A stretch of DNA of 64,000 nt from Mobula hypostoma (Eukaryota): assembly GCF_963921235.1 (NCBI RefSeq), contig NC_086097.1, positions 239,818,001 to 239,882,000 of the forward strand, read 5' to 3'. The stretch's first letter is position 1. Each line of letters begins with the position of its first letter. Below are positions 24,366 through 38,879 of this stretch, one piece after another. A program made the translations under genes and the position numbers. Under the pieces are notes generated by a model. That model saw only the letters and a list, made by a program, of their open reading frames with translations. It had not been told where the DNA came from and searched no databases.

Positions 24366-26340
24366 GTAAGGCAAGGCAAGTCGACTTGAGAGCACTTTTC
24401 AAACACAAGGCAGTTCAAAGTGTTTTTCAGATAATATAAAGAGAATAAAATAACACATAAAAATAAAGAAATAAAAGTTACAGTACAGGAACTTCTAATT
24501 AAAAGCTACAGTGAGAAGAAAAGTTTTAAGCCTCGATATTAAAGAGCTCAAAGTTGGGGCAGACTTCAGATCATCTGAAAGGTTATGTGGAGCATAGTAA
24601 CTAAAAGCTGCTTCATCATGTTTTTTGACCCTGGGGACAGTAAGCAGACCTGCCCCAGACAACCTGAGAGCTCAGGAAGGTTCATAATGCAGCAGGAGAT
24701 TGGAGATGTATTTTGGCCCTAGACTATTATAAACCCCAGGCTTTATAAACCAGTAGTAATACTTTAAAGTCAATCCTCTGATGGAAAGGAAGCCAAAGCA
24801 GTGATCTGAAAACTGGAGAGATGTGTTCTACTTCCTTGGTCTTAGTGAGGACTCTAGCAGCAGTCTTCTGAATGGACTGTGGCTGTTTGAGGTATTTTTT
24901 ACAGCGATCTGTGAAAATACCATTACAGTCGTCAAGCCTACTAAAAATAAATGCATGAATGAGTTTTTCTAGATCTTGCTGAGACGTAACTCCTTTAACT
25001 CTCACTATATTTTTAAGATGGTAGTAGGCTGACTTTGTAATTATCGTAATGTGGCACTTAAAGTTTAAGTCAGAGTGCATCACAACACCGAGGTATGCCT
25101 ATCCATGGCCTCCTCTACTGTCAAGATGAAGCCATACACAGGTTGGAGGAACTATACCTTATATTCCGTCTGGGTAGCCACCAACCTGATGGCATGAACA
25201 TTGACTTCTCTAACTTCCGCTAGGCCCCACCTGCCCTTCTTACCCCATCCCTTATTTATTTATTTATTTTGCTTTTTTTTTTTTTCTCTCTCTCTATCCC
25301 TCACAATAACTCCTTGCCTGCTCTCCATCTTCCTCTGGTGCTCCCCGCCCCCTTTCTTTCTCCCTACGCCTCCCGTCCCATGATCCTCTCCCTTCTCCAG
25401 CCTTGTATCCCTTTTGCCAATCAACTTTCCAGCTCTTGGCTCCATCCCTCCCCCTTCTGTCTTCTCCTATCATTTTGGATCTCCCCCTCCTGCTCCCACT
25501 TTCAAATCTCTTACTATCTCTTCTTTCAGTTAGTCCTGACGAAGGGTCTTGGCCTGAAATGTCAACTGTACTTCTTCCTGTAGATGCTGCCTGGCCTGCT
25601 GCATTCACCAGCATTTTGTGTGTGTTACCGAGGTTTCTGGCTTGGTTTGTGGTCTGTAACGACAGGGATTCTAAGTAAGCACTGACTTCTAATCATTCTT
25701 TTTAGGCACCAAGAACAATTATTTCAGTTTTCTCTTTGTTTAACTGGAGGAAATTTTGGCTCATCGAATCAGTGATTGATCAATACAGTTTTTTAATGAT
25801 TGAATGGGACCATAGTCACTTGATGATTCTGTTATATAAATCTGAGTGTCATCTGCCTAATTAAGGTAAGATATGTTGTTGTTTACCATGGTTTGCGCTA
25901 GAGGGAGCATGTATATGTTGAACAGAAAAGGCTGTATTATGAACCCTTGAGTCATTCTGCATGTCATTTTTGTTCAGTTAGATAGGTAGCTACCAAATGA
26001 TACAAAATAGCCCCTGTCCTATAAATACAATTTAAACCTCTTTAGGATTGTACCAGAAAGTGCCACCCAGTTTTCCAGTCTGCCCAGTAATATGCCATGG
26101 TCAACCGTGTCAAAAGCAGCACTAAGATCCAGAAGAACTGAAACTGACATTTTACCATCCTCATGGTTTAAGCAGATGTCATTTAAATCCTTGACCAGAG
26201 CAGTCTCAGAGCTACGGCGGTGTCAAAATCCAGACTGGAAAACATCCATAGAGTTGCTCAGTGCCAACAAACTGTTAAGTTACTGATAAACAACCTTTTC
26301 AATGATTTTACTTAAAGATGGGAAGTTTGATATAGGCCTA
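24366..26340 (-). mobile_element. L2 LINE (teleost Maui-like), split by a Penelope insertion
   Basis: ORF 24727..25083 (AFIFSRLDDCNG..AARVLTKTK..HISPV..WLP..RIDFKVLLLVYKA). LLDLSAAFDTVDHG near 26095-26135. (CTTGC)n tail. Confidence 0.9.
25095..25626 (+). mobile_element. Penelope-like element 3' end with hammerhead motif
   Basis: 8-bp TSD ACCGAGGT (25087-94, 25627-34). GIY-YIG C-terminus RLEE..LIFRLGSHQPDGMNIDFSNFR*. AGTC-CTGACGA-AGGG..CCT-GAAA-TG-TC at 25532-25563. Confidence 0.9.
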
Positions 26341-26612
26341 TAGGGAGGAGAATAAAAACTGGGATCAATGCAGGATCAGTGTAAATGGGTGATTGGACAG
26401 TCAGTGAGAATTTGGTGGGACAAAATGGTCTAATTTTTGCTATATCTCTAGTACTCTCAGTTAATCAATGCAACACTGACAGTATAAAAGAACAATGTCA
26501 TGCAGAGTTATGCAAGTATAAAGCGAATGTTTTCATGAAATCATATATTAATGAATTCAAAGTAAATTCAGAGTAAATTTTATTATCGAAGTACATATTA
26601 TATATATACATA

Positions 26613-27185
26613 TCTATATTTCCTGAGGAGACTGAGGTCCTTTAACATCTGTCGGACGATGCTGAGGATGGTCTATGGGTCTGTGGTGGCCAGTGCTATC
26701 ATGTTTGTTGTTGTGAGCTGGGGCAGCAGGCTGAGGGTAGCAGGCACCAACAGAATCAACAAACTCATTTGTAAGGACAGTGATGTTGTGGGGATGGAAC
26801 TGGACTCTCTGACGGTGGTGTCTGAAAAGAGGGTGCTGTCCAAGTTGCATGCCATCTTGGACAATGTCTCCCATCCACTAAATAATGTACTGGGTGCGCA
26901 CAGGAGCACATTCAGCCAGAGACTCATTCCACCGAGATGCAACACAGAGCGTCATAGGAAGTCATTCCTGCCTGTGGCCATCAAACTTTACAACTCCTCT
27001 CTTGGAGGGTCAGACACCCTGAGCCAATAGGCTGGTCCTGGACTTATTTCCTGGCATAATTTACATATTACTATTTAATTATTTATGGTTTTATATTGCT
27101 ATATTTATACTCTATTCCTGGTTGGGGCAACTGTAATGAAAATCAATTTCCCTCGGGATCAATAAAGTATGACTATGACTATGAC
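26613..27185 (+). mobile_element. Rex1/Babar LINE 3' part, young family
   Basis: ORF 26659..27030 (SHPL..RHRKSFLPVAIKLYN) and a (TATGAC)n tail. Near-identical to 35833-36743, 37490-37750 and 47494-48225. Confidence 0.9.
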
Positions 27186-27189
27186 ACAC

Positions 27190-30100
27190 ACTCTACCGGC
27201 AGTGGGAGCAGAGCACTTCGAAAAGGTTTTCTCGCAGGTCGGTGACGCTTAGTTAAAAAGAGAGCTTCACGGGCGTTTGGCCATTGAGGAGGCCCGATGA
27301 ACAGTGGGGGCAGACTAAATAAGATTACAGGAGGGACATGCGGAGCAGCCGTTGCCAGGAGTAGGCCAGTGGCCAGAGTAGAAGAGTCAGGATTTGGCTT
27401 AAAGGAAGTTTTGGCCCGGAAGAGGTGTCGGCTCTCTGTTAAGGTTTTCTTTTTGCATTTCTCTTACCGTACCTGGCATAGTAAATGGCGGTTGTGTGTT
27501 CTTTGTGCCCGGTGTTGAAATCCTGGGAGACCCAGTGTCTCGCAGGGAACTACACCTGCCCGAGGTGCACCCAGCTGCAGCTCCTTGAAGACCTTGTTAG
27601 GGATCTGAGGCAGCAACTGGGTGACCTTCGGCTTGTATAGGAGAGTGAGGAGATAATCAGTTAGAGTTACAGGGCCATCAGAAGTTGCAGGAGGCGAGTA
27701 GCTGGGTGACAGTCAGGAGGAATGGAATGTAAATAGCTATTTAGAGCAGAGCACACATGTGGCCATTCCCCTCAAAAATAAGTATACCGCTTTGGATACT
27801 TTTATGGGGGATGATCTCCCAGGTTACAGGCACTGAGGCGACCAGGTTACAAACTCAGAGCATGGGTCTGTGGTGCAGAGGGGAAAGAGAGAGAAGAAGG
27901 GAACGAAAGTGATAGTGGACTCAATAGTGAGTGGAACAGACAGGAGATTCTGTGGACGTAAACGGGACACGCAGATGGTATGCTGCCTCCCAGTGCCAGG
28001 ATCAGGGACGTCTCAGATTGCGTCCACAACATTTTGGAGATGGAGGGAGAGCAGCCAGAAGTCTTGGTGCATATTGGCACCAATGACATAGGAAGGAAAA
28101 GCAAAGAGGTCCTGAAAAGTGATTTTAAAGAGCTAGGTGGAAAGCTAAGAAGCAGGACCTCCAGGGTAGTAACTTCTGGATTGCTGCCTTTGCCACGCAC
28201 CATTGAGGGTAGAAACAAGATTGTCTGGCAGATAAATGTGTGGCTGAGAAGTTGGTGCAGGAGGCAGGGCTTCAGGTTCTTGGATTATTGGGATCTCTTC
28301 CGGCGGAGGTATGACCTGTACAAAAGTGACAGGTTGCCTCTGAACCCAAGGGGGACCAAGATTCTCATGGGCAGGTTTGTTAGAGCTGTTGGGGAGAGTT
28401 TAAACTAATTTGGCAGGGGAGTGGGAACCGGAGAGATGGGACTCAGGATAGGACAGATGGTAAACAAGTAAGGATAGTGTGCAGTCAGACTGTCAGGATG
28501 GGCAGTCAGGTGATGGGACATAGCTGCAGCCAACGAGGTGAGTAACAGTACATTAGGGATGCAAAATCAAACAGTGTAGCAAATATGGTACTTAACGTGA
28601 TGTTTCTCAATGAGTGGAGTATAAGAAATAAGGTGGATGATCTCCTTGCTCCATTACAGATCGTCAGATATGATGTTGTAGCCATCACTGAATCGTGGCT
28701 GAAGGATGGTTGTATTTGGGAGCTGAACGTCCAAGATTACACATTGTATTGGAGGGATAGGAAGGCAGACAGAGGGGGAGGCATGGCTCTGCTGGTAAAT
28801 AATGGCATCAAATCAGTAGAAAGATGTGACATAGGATCGGAAAATGTTGAATCCTTGTGGGTTGAGTTCAGAAACTGCGAAGGTGACTGATGGCAGTTAT
28901 ATACAGGCCCCCCAGTAGTGGCTGGGAGGTGGACCAGAGATTACAACAGGAAATAGAAAAGGCATGTCAAAAAGATAATGTTATGATAGTCATGAGAGAT
29001 TTTAACATGCAGGTAGATTGGGAAAATCAGATTGGTAATGGATCTCAAGAGAGTGAGTTTGTTAAATGCCCAAGAGATTGCTGTTTAGGACAGTTTATCA
29101 TTGAACCTACTATGGGATCAGCTATACTGGACTGGGGGTTACATAATGAACTGGAGGCGATTAGGGAACTTAAGGTAAAAGAATCCTTTGTAACCGATGA
29201 TCACAACATGATTGGGTTCAACTTGAAATTGGACAGGGAGAAAGTAAAGTCTGATGTAGCAGTATTTCAGTGGAGAAAGGGAAATTACAGTGGTATGAGA
29301 GATGAGTTGGCCAAAGTAAATTGGAAGGAACTGCTGGCAGAGATGTCAGCAGAGCAGCAATGGCATGTGTTTCCCTGGAAAAATGAGGAATGTTCAGGAT
29401 CGATGTATTCAAAAAGTGAAGAAATACTCAAATGGCAACATAGTACAACCATGGCTGACAAGGGAAGTCAAAGTTAATGTAAAAACAAAAGAGAGGGCAT
29501 ACAACAAATCAAAAATTATTGGGAAGGTAGAGGATTGGGAATCTTTTAAAAACCTACAGAGAGCAACTAAAAGAATCATTAGAAGGGAAGAGATGAAATA
29601 TGAAAGCAAGCTAGCAAATAATATCAAAGTGGATAGTAAAAGCTTTTTCAAGTATGTAAAAAATAAAAGAGAAATAACAGTGGATATAAGACCACTAGAA
29701 AATGAGGCCAGAGAAATAATAATTGGGGACAAGGAGATGGCAGATGAACTAAATGAGAATTTTGCATCAGTCTTCACTGTGGAAGACACTAGCACTGTGC
29801 CAGATGTTGTAGTGTGTGAGGGAAGAGAAGTGGATGCAGTTACTATTACAAGGGAGAAGGTGCTCAAAAAGCTGAAAGACCTAAAAGTACATAAGTCACC
29901 TGAACCAGATGAACTGCACCCTAGGGTTCTGAAAGAGGTAACGATAGAGATTGTGGCAGAATTAGAAACGATCTTTCAAAAATCATTGGACTCTGGCATG
30001 GTGCTTGAGGACTGGAAAATTGCAAATGTCACTCCACTGCTTAAGAAAGAAGGAAGGCAGCAGAATGGAAATTATAGACCGGTTTGCCTGACCTCAGTGG

Positions 30101-31328
30101 TTGAGAAATGTTAGAGGATGAGGTGATGGAGTACTTGGTGACACAGGACAAGATAGGACAAAGTCAGCATGGTTTCCTTAAGGGAAAATCCTGCCTGATG
30201 AACCTGTTGGAATACTTTGAGGAGATTAGAAGTAGGATAGATAAAGTTGATGCAGTGGGTGTTGAATATTTGGACTTTCAGAAGGCCTTTGACAAGGTGC
30301 CACACATGAGGCTGCTTACCAAGCTAACAGCCTGTAATATTACATGAAAGTTACTAAGATGGTTAGAACATTGGCTGATTGGTAGGAGGCAGTGAGTGGG
30401 AATAAAAGGATCCTTTTCTAGTTGGCTGCCAGTGACTAATGGTGTTCTATAGGGGTCGGTGTTGTGTCCACTTCCTTTTATGCTGAATATCAGTGATTTA
30501 GATGATGGAATACATGGCTTTGTTGTCAGGTTTTCAGATGATACGAAGATTGGTGGAGGGGCAGGTATTGTTAAACAAACAGGTAGGATGCAGAAGGACT
30601 TAGACAGAATAGGAGAATGGGCATGAAAGTGGCAAATTAAATATAATGTTGGAAAATGCATGTCATGCACTTTGGTAGTAGAAATAAATGTGTGGACTAT
30701 TTTCTAAACTGGGAAAAAATCCAAAAATCTGAGATGCAAAGGGACTTGGTAGTCCTTGTGAAGAACACCCTAAAGTTCAAGATGCAAGTTGAGTCGGTGT
30801 TGAGGAATGCAAATGCAATGATAGCATTAATTTCGAGAGTTCTCGAATTCAAGAGCAGGGATGCCTTGCTGAAGCATTATAAAACACTTTGAGTATTTTG
30901 TACAGTTTTGGGCTCCTCATCTTAGAAGAGATGTGCTGACATTTTAGAGGGTCCAGAGGAGGTTCACTAGAATGATACCAGGAATGAAAGGGTTATCATA
31001 TGAGGAACGTTTGATGGCTCTGGGTCTGTACTCGCTGGAATTCAGAAAGATGAGGTGGGGGATCTCATTGAAACCTTTCGAATGTTGAAAGGCCTAGACA
31101 GAGTAGATGCTGAAAGGATGTTTCCCATGGTGGGGGAGTCTAGGACAAGAGGACACAGCCTCAGGATAGAGGGGAGTCCATTCAGAACAGATTCAGAGAA
31201 GCTTCTTTAGCCAAAGGGTGGTGAACTTGTGGAATTTGTTGCCACATCAGCTGTGGGTGCCAGGTCATTGATTGGACATGGCATCAAAGGTTACAGGGAG
31301 AAGGCCGGGAAAATGGGGTTGAGGATGA
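27190..31328 (+). mobile_element. Near full-length CR1 LINE (ORF1 zinc finger/leucine zipper plus SGNH esterase; ORF2 APE plus RT), inactivated
   Basis: ORF1 from ~27485: CSLC..CPRC, heptad leucines, VDS, VHIGTND, stop at 28408. ORF2: VAITESWL, IYRPP, DFN, DHN, NYRPV, DFQKAFDKVPH, FSDDTK. Many frameshifts. The 3' tail is missing. Confidence 0.95.
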
Positions 31329-32763
<1,435 letters not shown>

Positions 32764-32896
32764 TATATATGTACACGGAAATTAATTTTCTTGCAGGCAG
32801 CCACAGTGGAACCAAGAAATACAGTAAAATCAATGAAAAACTACACACGAAGACTGACTAGCAATCAGTGGGCAAAATAGACAAACTATGTAAATA

Positions 32897-33450
32897 CCCT
32901 TGAGGCCCCTATTAGTCAGAGATGGCTATAGATACTGGTCCCAGCTGTCTATGTGATACACAAGCCAGGGCAATACGATATGGAGAGCAAGCTGTTGCCC
33001 AAGTAGCAGTCTGTCCATGCAGCTGACGAAGCCAAAAGAATGCCAGAGATCAATACAGTTTGGCATTATCTGTGTCACAGGAGTTGCCAGTCAGAATTAA
33101 GCTCAATGTAGGACTACCGTAGGAACTCTAGCTTCAGATTTTTCCCTCGGGGTTTACGCCTAAAGTCTTCCCCTTGATTGTGTACCGCATGTCAGTGGAG
33201 ATTTGAGACCTGAGTTTTCCTTCTACTAGATGAACTGCCAACCATGGCTGATGATCCCCATCTGCCTAAAGTGACTGGTTTTAAGCACCAGTAACTTGCC
33301 TATGCCCCTTCTATTGTCAGTAGGTACAATTCCACCAGAATTGTAAACACGTGAAGGCCAGGAGCTGGACTTCGTTGTCAGAGGCTAGTTGAGACACACG
33401 CCATAAAGGGAGCTTATCCCCACTCAATCCCATGGCTACAACAACCCTAA
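32897..33450. mobile_element. SINE-like non-coding repeat
   Basis: Shares sequence (gggcaatacgatatggagagcaagctgttgccca) with 56885-57135 in the opposite orientation. Confidence 0.6.
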
Positions 33451-33527
33451 CAAACCTGTGAAAATACAAATAATACTAACTATAATAATAATCAGTAAAA
33501 AACTTAGAGTGATTGGAAGAGTGATTG

Positions 33528-34020
33528 TGGTTGAAAGAGTGCAGAGAAGGTTTACAAGGATGTTGCCGGGACTTGAGAAACTCAATTACAGAGAAAGGTT
33601 GAATAGGTTAGGACTTTATTCCCTGGAGCGTAGAAGAATGAGGGGAGATTTGATAGAGGTATATAAAATTATGCTGGGTATAGATAGAGTGAATGCAAGA
33701 AGGCTTTTTCCACTGAGGCAAGGGGAGGAAAAAACCAGAGGACATGGGTCAAGGGTGAGGGGGGAAAAGTTTAGAGGGAACAATAGGGGGGGCTTCTTCA
33801 CACAGAGAGTGGTGGGAGTGTGGAATGAGCTGCCAGATGAGGTGGTAAATGCGGGTTCTTCTTTAACATTTAAGAATAAATTGGACAGATACATGGATGG
33901 GAGGTGTATGGAGAGATATGGTCCGTGTGCAGGTCAGTGGGACTAGGCAGAAAATGGTTCGGCACAGCCAAGAAGGGCCAAAAGGCCTGTTTCTGTGCTG
34001 TAGTTTTTCTATGGTTTCTA
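33528..34020 (+). mobile_element. CR1 3' end, young subfamily B
   Basis: ORF 33458..33946 and a (TTTCTATGG)n tail. Near-identical to 45805-46215 and 38880-39400 (minus). Confidence 0.93.
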
Positions 34021-35002
34021 TGATAGTAAAAAAAAATTAATCCCAATAGACATGTTAAAATGAAATAAAACATAAATCTGCCCAAAAGCTAGAAAGAAAT
34101 TAACTTAAAGACCAAGACAATACTACGCAAGAATATAATGATGATGAAACTTACCAGAGCACTGATGAAACTACAGTTATTTCAGCTGCTTCACAATCGG
34201 GTGTTGAGCAACAACAGCACTGCTCCAGAACTTCTGCAGAACGCTGATGAGGAATCTGAGTTTACAGATAAAACTATCCTAATATTTAACACCACACTAA
34301 CAGAACATATGGGCATTGACCCAACAAAAAGACCCTACATACCAAAACAAACTACGTCATCAAAATTTGCAAAAGTTGTCAGTACTCTCAACAATATTAT
34401 ATTACCACAACATTTACAAAAACTTGAAACATTTGATGAACTACACACAATAGCATACTGTGCAGCATTAACGGCAATGCAGTGCAATGTTTCCAAAATA
34501 GAGGTACTCATTAATAGAAACTCAAAACTAAATAATGAAAGCAGAACGTTAAAATGGCAGAAGAGATTAAAAAAAACAAAATTGAAACCTTCAGAGCAGA
34601 AATAGCCCACCTCATGGAGTATAAAAAAGGATAGCCCGAGCAAGAAAGTTAATAGAAATGCAAAGGAAATACTAAGGAAATAAAAGGTCCATACAAGATA
34701 TGATCAGCCTAACAAAAGCATGGTTGTATTACAGATAAACTAAAACAAAAACAAAATAAACTAAATACAAAGCCAGACTAAATAGATACATGAGATCCAC
34801 CAGGTGAAGGAAGCAGAATTATCCGTTCAGGAACAATGAAAAATGTTTATATAGGACACTGAAACTAAATTTGACATACCAAAATGTCACCATTCCCAGC
34901 ACAGAATTACCAGCAACCGTGGAGATAATGAACTTTTGATCTAATATCTGGTCAAACAGGGTGAAGCACAATCAAGAAGCAAGCTAGATTAGGGAGAGAA
35001 AA

Positions 35003-35006
35003 ACAC

Positions 35007-35057
<51 letters not shown>

Positions 35058-35070
35058 CACACACACACAC
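35003..35070. repeat. (CA)n microsatellite inside the Dong ORF
   Basis: Directly visible. Confidence 0.97.
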
Positions 35071-35832
35071 TTGAAGTTACAATGGATGTGCTGAAAGAGA
35101 TTGTAAAAAATATCCACAACTGGAAAATTGTTGGAAGTGATAATATTCATAATTATTGGTATAACAGAATGTACACACCTTCATCCATACCTACTAATGC
35201 ATATCAACAAGTTTATTAAAAATCCTGAAAAAGTGCCTGAATTTTTGACAGAAGGTAAAACATATCTTTTACCTAAAGCAAAAATCACAGATCAATGAAA
35301 ATATTGTCCTATTAGTTGTTTACAAACCACATATAAAATTGTAATATCATGTATCTCGCAACTAATCACCACTCACTTAGATAACCACAATATACTTACA
35401 GAAGAGCAAAAAGGAAGCTGTAAGGGATGAAAGGATGTAAAGAACAACTGATAATAGATTCTGTAATTCTAAATCAAGCCTGGCAGAAAAACAGAAATCT
35501 TTCACGTTGCTATATTGACTACCAAAGAGCATTTGACTCTGTCCCACACTCACGGTTAATAGAAGTTCTTAATATATATAAACTACAACTAATACTTGTG
35601 AATTTCCAGCAACATCTAATGAAGTATTGGCATACTGTAATCACCCTGTCTATTAACAACCAAAGAAGACCAACAAACGTTATCAAAATAAACTGAGGCA
35701 TTTTCCAAGGTGACTCTCTAAGTCCACCATGTTTCTGTCTTGCTCTAAAGCTGTTCTCTAACTTACTGAATTGGATGAAAATTGGGTATCAAATCAGAAA
35801 CAACAAAATGGGCTAAATCTTAAAATCTTGAA

Positions 35833-36743
35833 AGACTTCAACTACTGCACAGAGTCTTGTCATCTTCAGAAGTTTTCGGATGACTCTGCCATAGTTGGAT
35901 GCATCAGCAAGGGAGATGAGGCTGAGTACAGGGCTACGGTAGGAAACTTTGTCACATGGTGTGAGCAGAATTATCTGCAGATTAATGTGAAAAAGACTAA
36001 GGAGCTGGTGGTAGACCTGAGGAGAGCTAAGGCACCGGTGACCCCTGTTTCCATCCAGGGGGTCAGTGTGGACATGGTGGAGGATTACGAATACCTGGGG
36101 ATATGAATTGACAATAAACTGGACTGGTCAAAGAACACTGAGGCTGTCTACAAGAAGGGTCAGAGCCGTCTCTATTTCCTGAGGAGACTGAGGTCCTTTA
36201 ATATCTGCCGGACAATGCTGAGGATGTTCTACAAGTCTGTGGTGGCCAGTGCTATCATGTTTGCTGTTGTGTGCTGGGGCAGTAGGCTGAAGGTGGCAGA
36301 CACCAACAGAATCAACAAACTCATTCTTAAGGCCAGTGATGTTGTGGGGATGGAACTGGACTCTCTGACGGTGGTGTCTGAAAAGAGGATGCTGTCCAAG
36401 TTGCATGCCATCTTGGTCAATGTCTCCCATCCACTACATAATGTACTGGTTGGGCACAGGAGTACATTCAGCCAGAGACTCATTCCTCCGAGATGCAATA
36501 CAGAGCGTCATAGGAAGTCATTCCTGTCTGTGGCCATCAAACTTTACAACTCCTCCCTTGGAGGGTCAGACACCCTGAGCCAATAGGCTGGTCCTGGACT
36601 TATTTCATAATTTACTGGCATAACTTACATATTACTATTTAACTATTTATGGTTCTATTACTATTTATTATTTATGGAGCAACTGTAATGAAAACCAATT
36701 TCCCCCGGGATTAATAAAGTATGACTATGACTTTGGCTATGAC
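35833..36743 (+). mobile_element. Rex1/Babar LINE, 5'-truncated, inserted in the Dong RT
   Basis: KFSDDSAIVG, NVKKTKELVVDLRR and YEYLGI, with a (TATGAC)n tail. Confidence 0.92.
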
Positions 36744-37489
36744 ATATAAAATACATTTTATGCATGGCTGATTTGAAAGTATATACTCCTTCAACAGTTA
36801 AGTGAAAACAATTAATTCAAATAGTAAAAACTATTTTCAAACGATATAAACATGAATTTTGGATTGGATAAATTCAGAGCATTAAACATAAAGAAAGGTG
36901 AAATAAAGCTAGCAGAATTCAAACCAGAGCAGCAGGATACAATACAAAAAGATGGATGAATTTGAAACATATAAGTATCTGGGATATCAACAAAGAAAGA
37001 AAATAGATCATAATGTGATAATAGAAATTTTTTTGACAAAATTTACTTCAAGGCTTAAGAAAATCTGCCGAACAACTCAACAGTAAAAATATAACAACAG
37101 CATTAAACACTTCCACTATACCTATATTAATATACACTTTTGGCATAATGTCTTGGTCCGAAACTGATCTGGAAAATTTGCAAAGAAAAATGAGAACTCA
37201 AATGACAAATTTCAGAAAACGTTATGTACACTCGAATGTGCTGAGATTAACACTACCTCGGACAGAAGGGGGAAGAGGAATAACAGGCATTGAAAATCTA
37301 CACGAGAGAAAGATAAAACTTCTGAGGATATTTTTTCATCAACAAAAACATTTTACCAGCTTGAGCTAAGAAAAAATTAACTGATAATAATAATAATAAT
37401 AATGTTTCAATTCCCAGAAACAGAAGGGTTCCTTTTGGCAATACAGGGCCAGGTGGTTAACACAAAAAAATATCAAAAATACACAATAA

Positions 37490-37750
37490 TCCACCGAGAT
37501 GCAATACAGAGCATCATAGAAAGTCATTCCTGCCTGTGGCCATCAAACTTTACAACTCCTCCCTTGGAGGGTCAGACACCCTGAGCCAATAGGCTGGTCC
37601 TGGACTTATTTCATAATTTACTGGCATAACTTACATATTACTATTTAACTATTTATGGTTTTATTACTATTTATTATTTATGGAGCAACTGTAACAAAAA
37701 CCAATTTCCCCCGGGATCAGTAAAGTATGACTACGACTATGACTATGACT
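37490..37750 (+). mobile_element. Short Rex1 3' end inserted in Dong unit 2
   Basis: TSD AATAA (37485-89, 37751-55). Removing it restores the frame KYTIRDQQIQGKCRKC. Confidence 0.9.
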
Positions 37751-38879
37751 AATAAGAGACCAACAAATTCAAGGCAAATGCAGAAAATGTGAAGAGAAAC
37801 CGGAAATAATCCAACACATGACAGGATCATGCAGCAGTTTAATGTAATCTGATTACTTACACAGGCACAATCAAGTGGCAGACATCATTCACTGAAATCT
37901 TAAAATACAAACTCATAAGAGATTTCATAGCTTACTATAAATACAAGCCTGATCCAGTTTTGGAATCAAAGTCATACAAAGTGTATTATGGCCGTTTGGT
38001 TATTACAGATAGGACAATCAATAATAACTGTCAAGGTATAATAACACAGGACAAAAAAGCAAGAACAACCTACTTAATAGACATAGCCATTATAAACACA
38101 TATAACATACAGAAATCAATAAGTGAAAAATACCAGAAATATGATGAATTTGAAGAGGAAGTTGAAAGACTATGGGAGACTATTACTATTTGTCCAAATA
38201 GTAATATCTACAAATGAAATTATCCCACAGTCACGAAGCAATAACATTAACCAATTAGGGCTGCACAGGAATATTTTTCGTATATCTCAAGAAAGCTACA
38301 AGACTAAACACCACTAGAATAGTCTAAAAGTTCCTAGCAATTGAGAACTGAGAGTGCTCAACTATGCCTGTACATTAGATTTTACCAGCTTAAGCTGAGA
38401 AAAAATAAATTTCTACAATAATAATAATGAAAAATAATTTAACAAAGCTACAAATTATATTATGACTGATCCATTATTATACATCGGATAATCCATAATA
38501 ATTGTCCAGATATAATATTCCAGGATAAACAAGCAAGAACAACTTACTTAATAGATACAGCCATTCCACACACATCATAAATTAATAAGTGAAAAACACC
38601 AGAAATATTCAGAATTAAACTATGGATCATGAACAGAGTATATATTGTCCCAGTGGTAATATCTACTACTGCTGTCATCCCAACATCAGTACATATTAGC
38701 ATTAAACAATTAGGCCTACACAGCTGAGTGCCCATGATAGAGCTGACTGAGTTTACAACTTTCTGCAGCTTGTTTTGATGTTGTGCAGTGGACCCCCATA
38801 CCAGGTGGTGATGTAGCCAGTTCAGAGATGTTCATGCCCAAGAACTTGAAAATTGCTCACCCTTTCCCCTTCTAGAAAA

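Larger units (their letters stand above)
33500..38724 (+). mobile_element. R4/Dong-clade non-LTR retrotransposon tandem array (RT, CCHC knuckle, RLE endonuclease), decayed
   Basis: RT region: IHNWKIVGSDNIHNYWY, GKTYLLPK, EEQKG..GCKEQLIID, YIDYQRAFDSVPH, GIFQGDSLSP, decayed YMDDLK (CMADLKVY), FGLDKF, YKYLG, LTLPRTEGGRG. C-terminal region: ETEGFLLAIQ, C-x2-C-x8-H-x4-C, RHNQV, PDII (third unit), K..KY. Confidence 0.92.

Noticed and set aside
29409..29867. Long antisense ORFs over CR1 (also 40730..41149)
   Set aside because: These are shadow frames of LINE ORF2 caused by codon bias.
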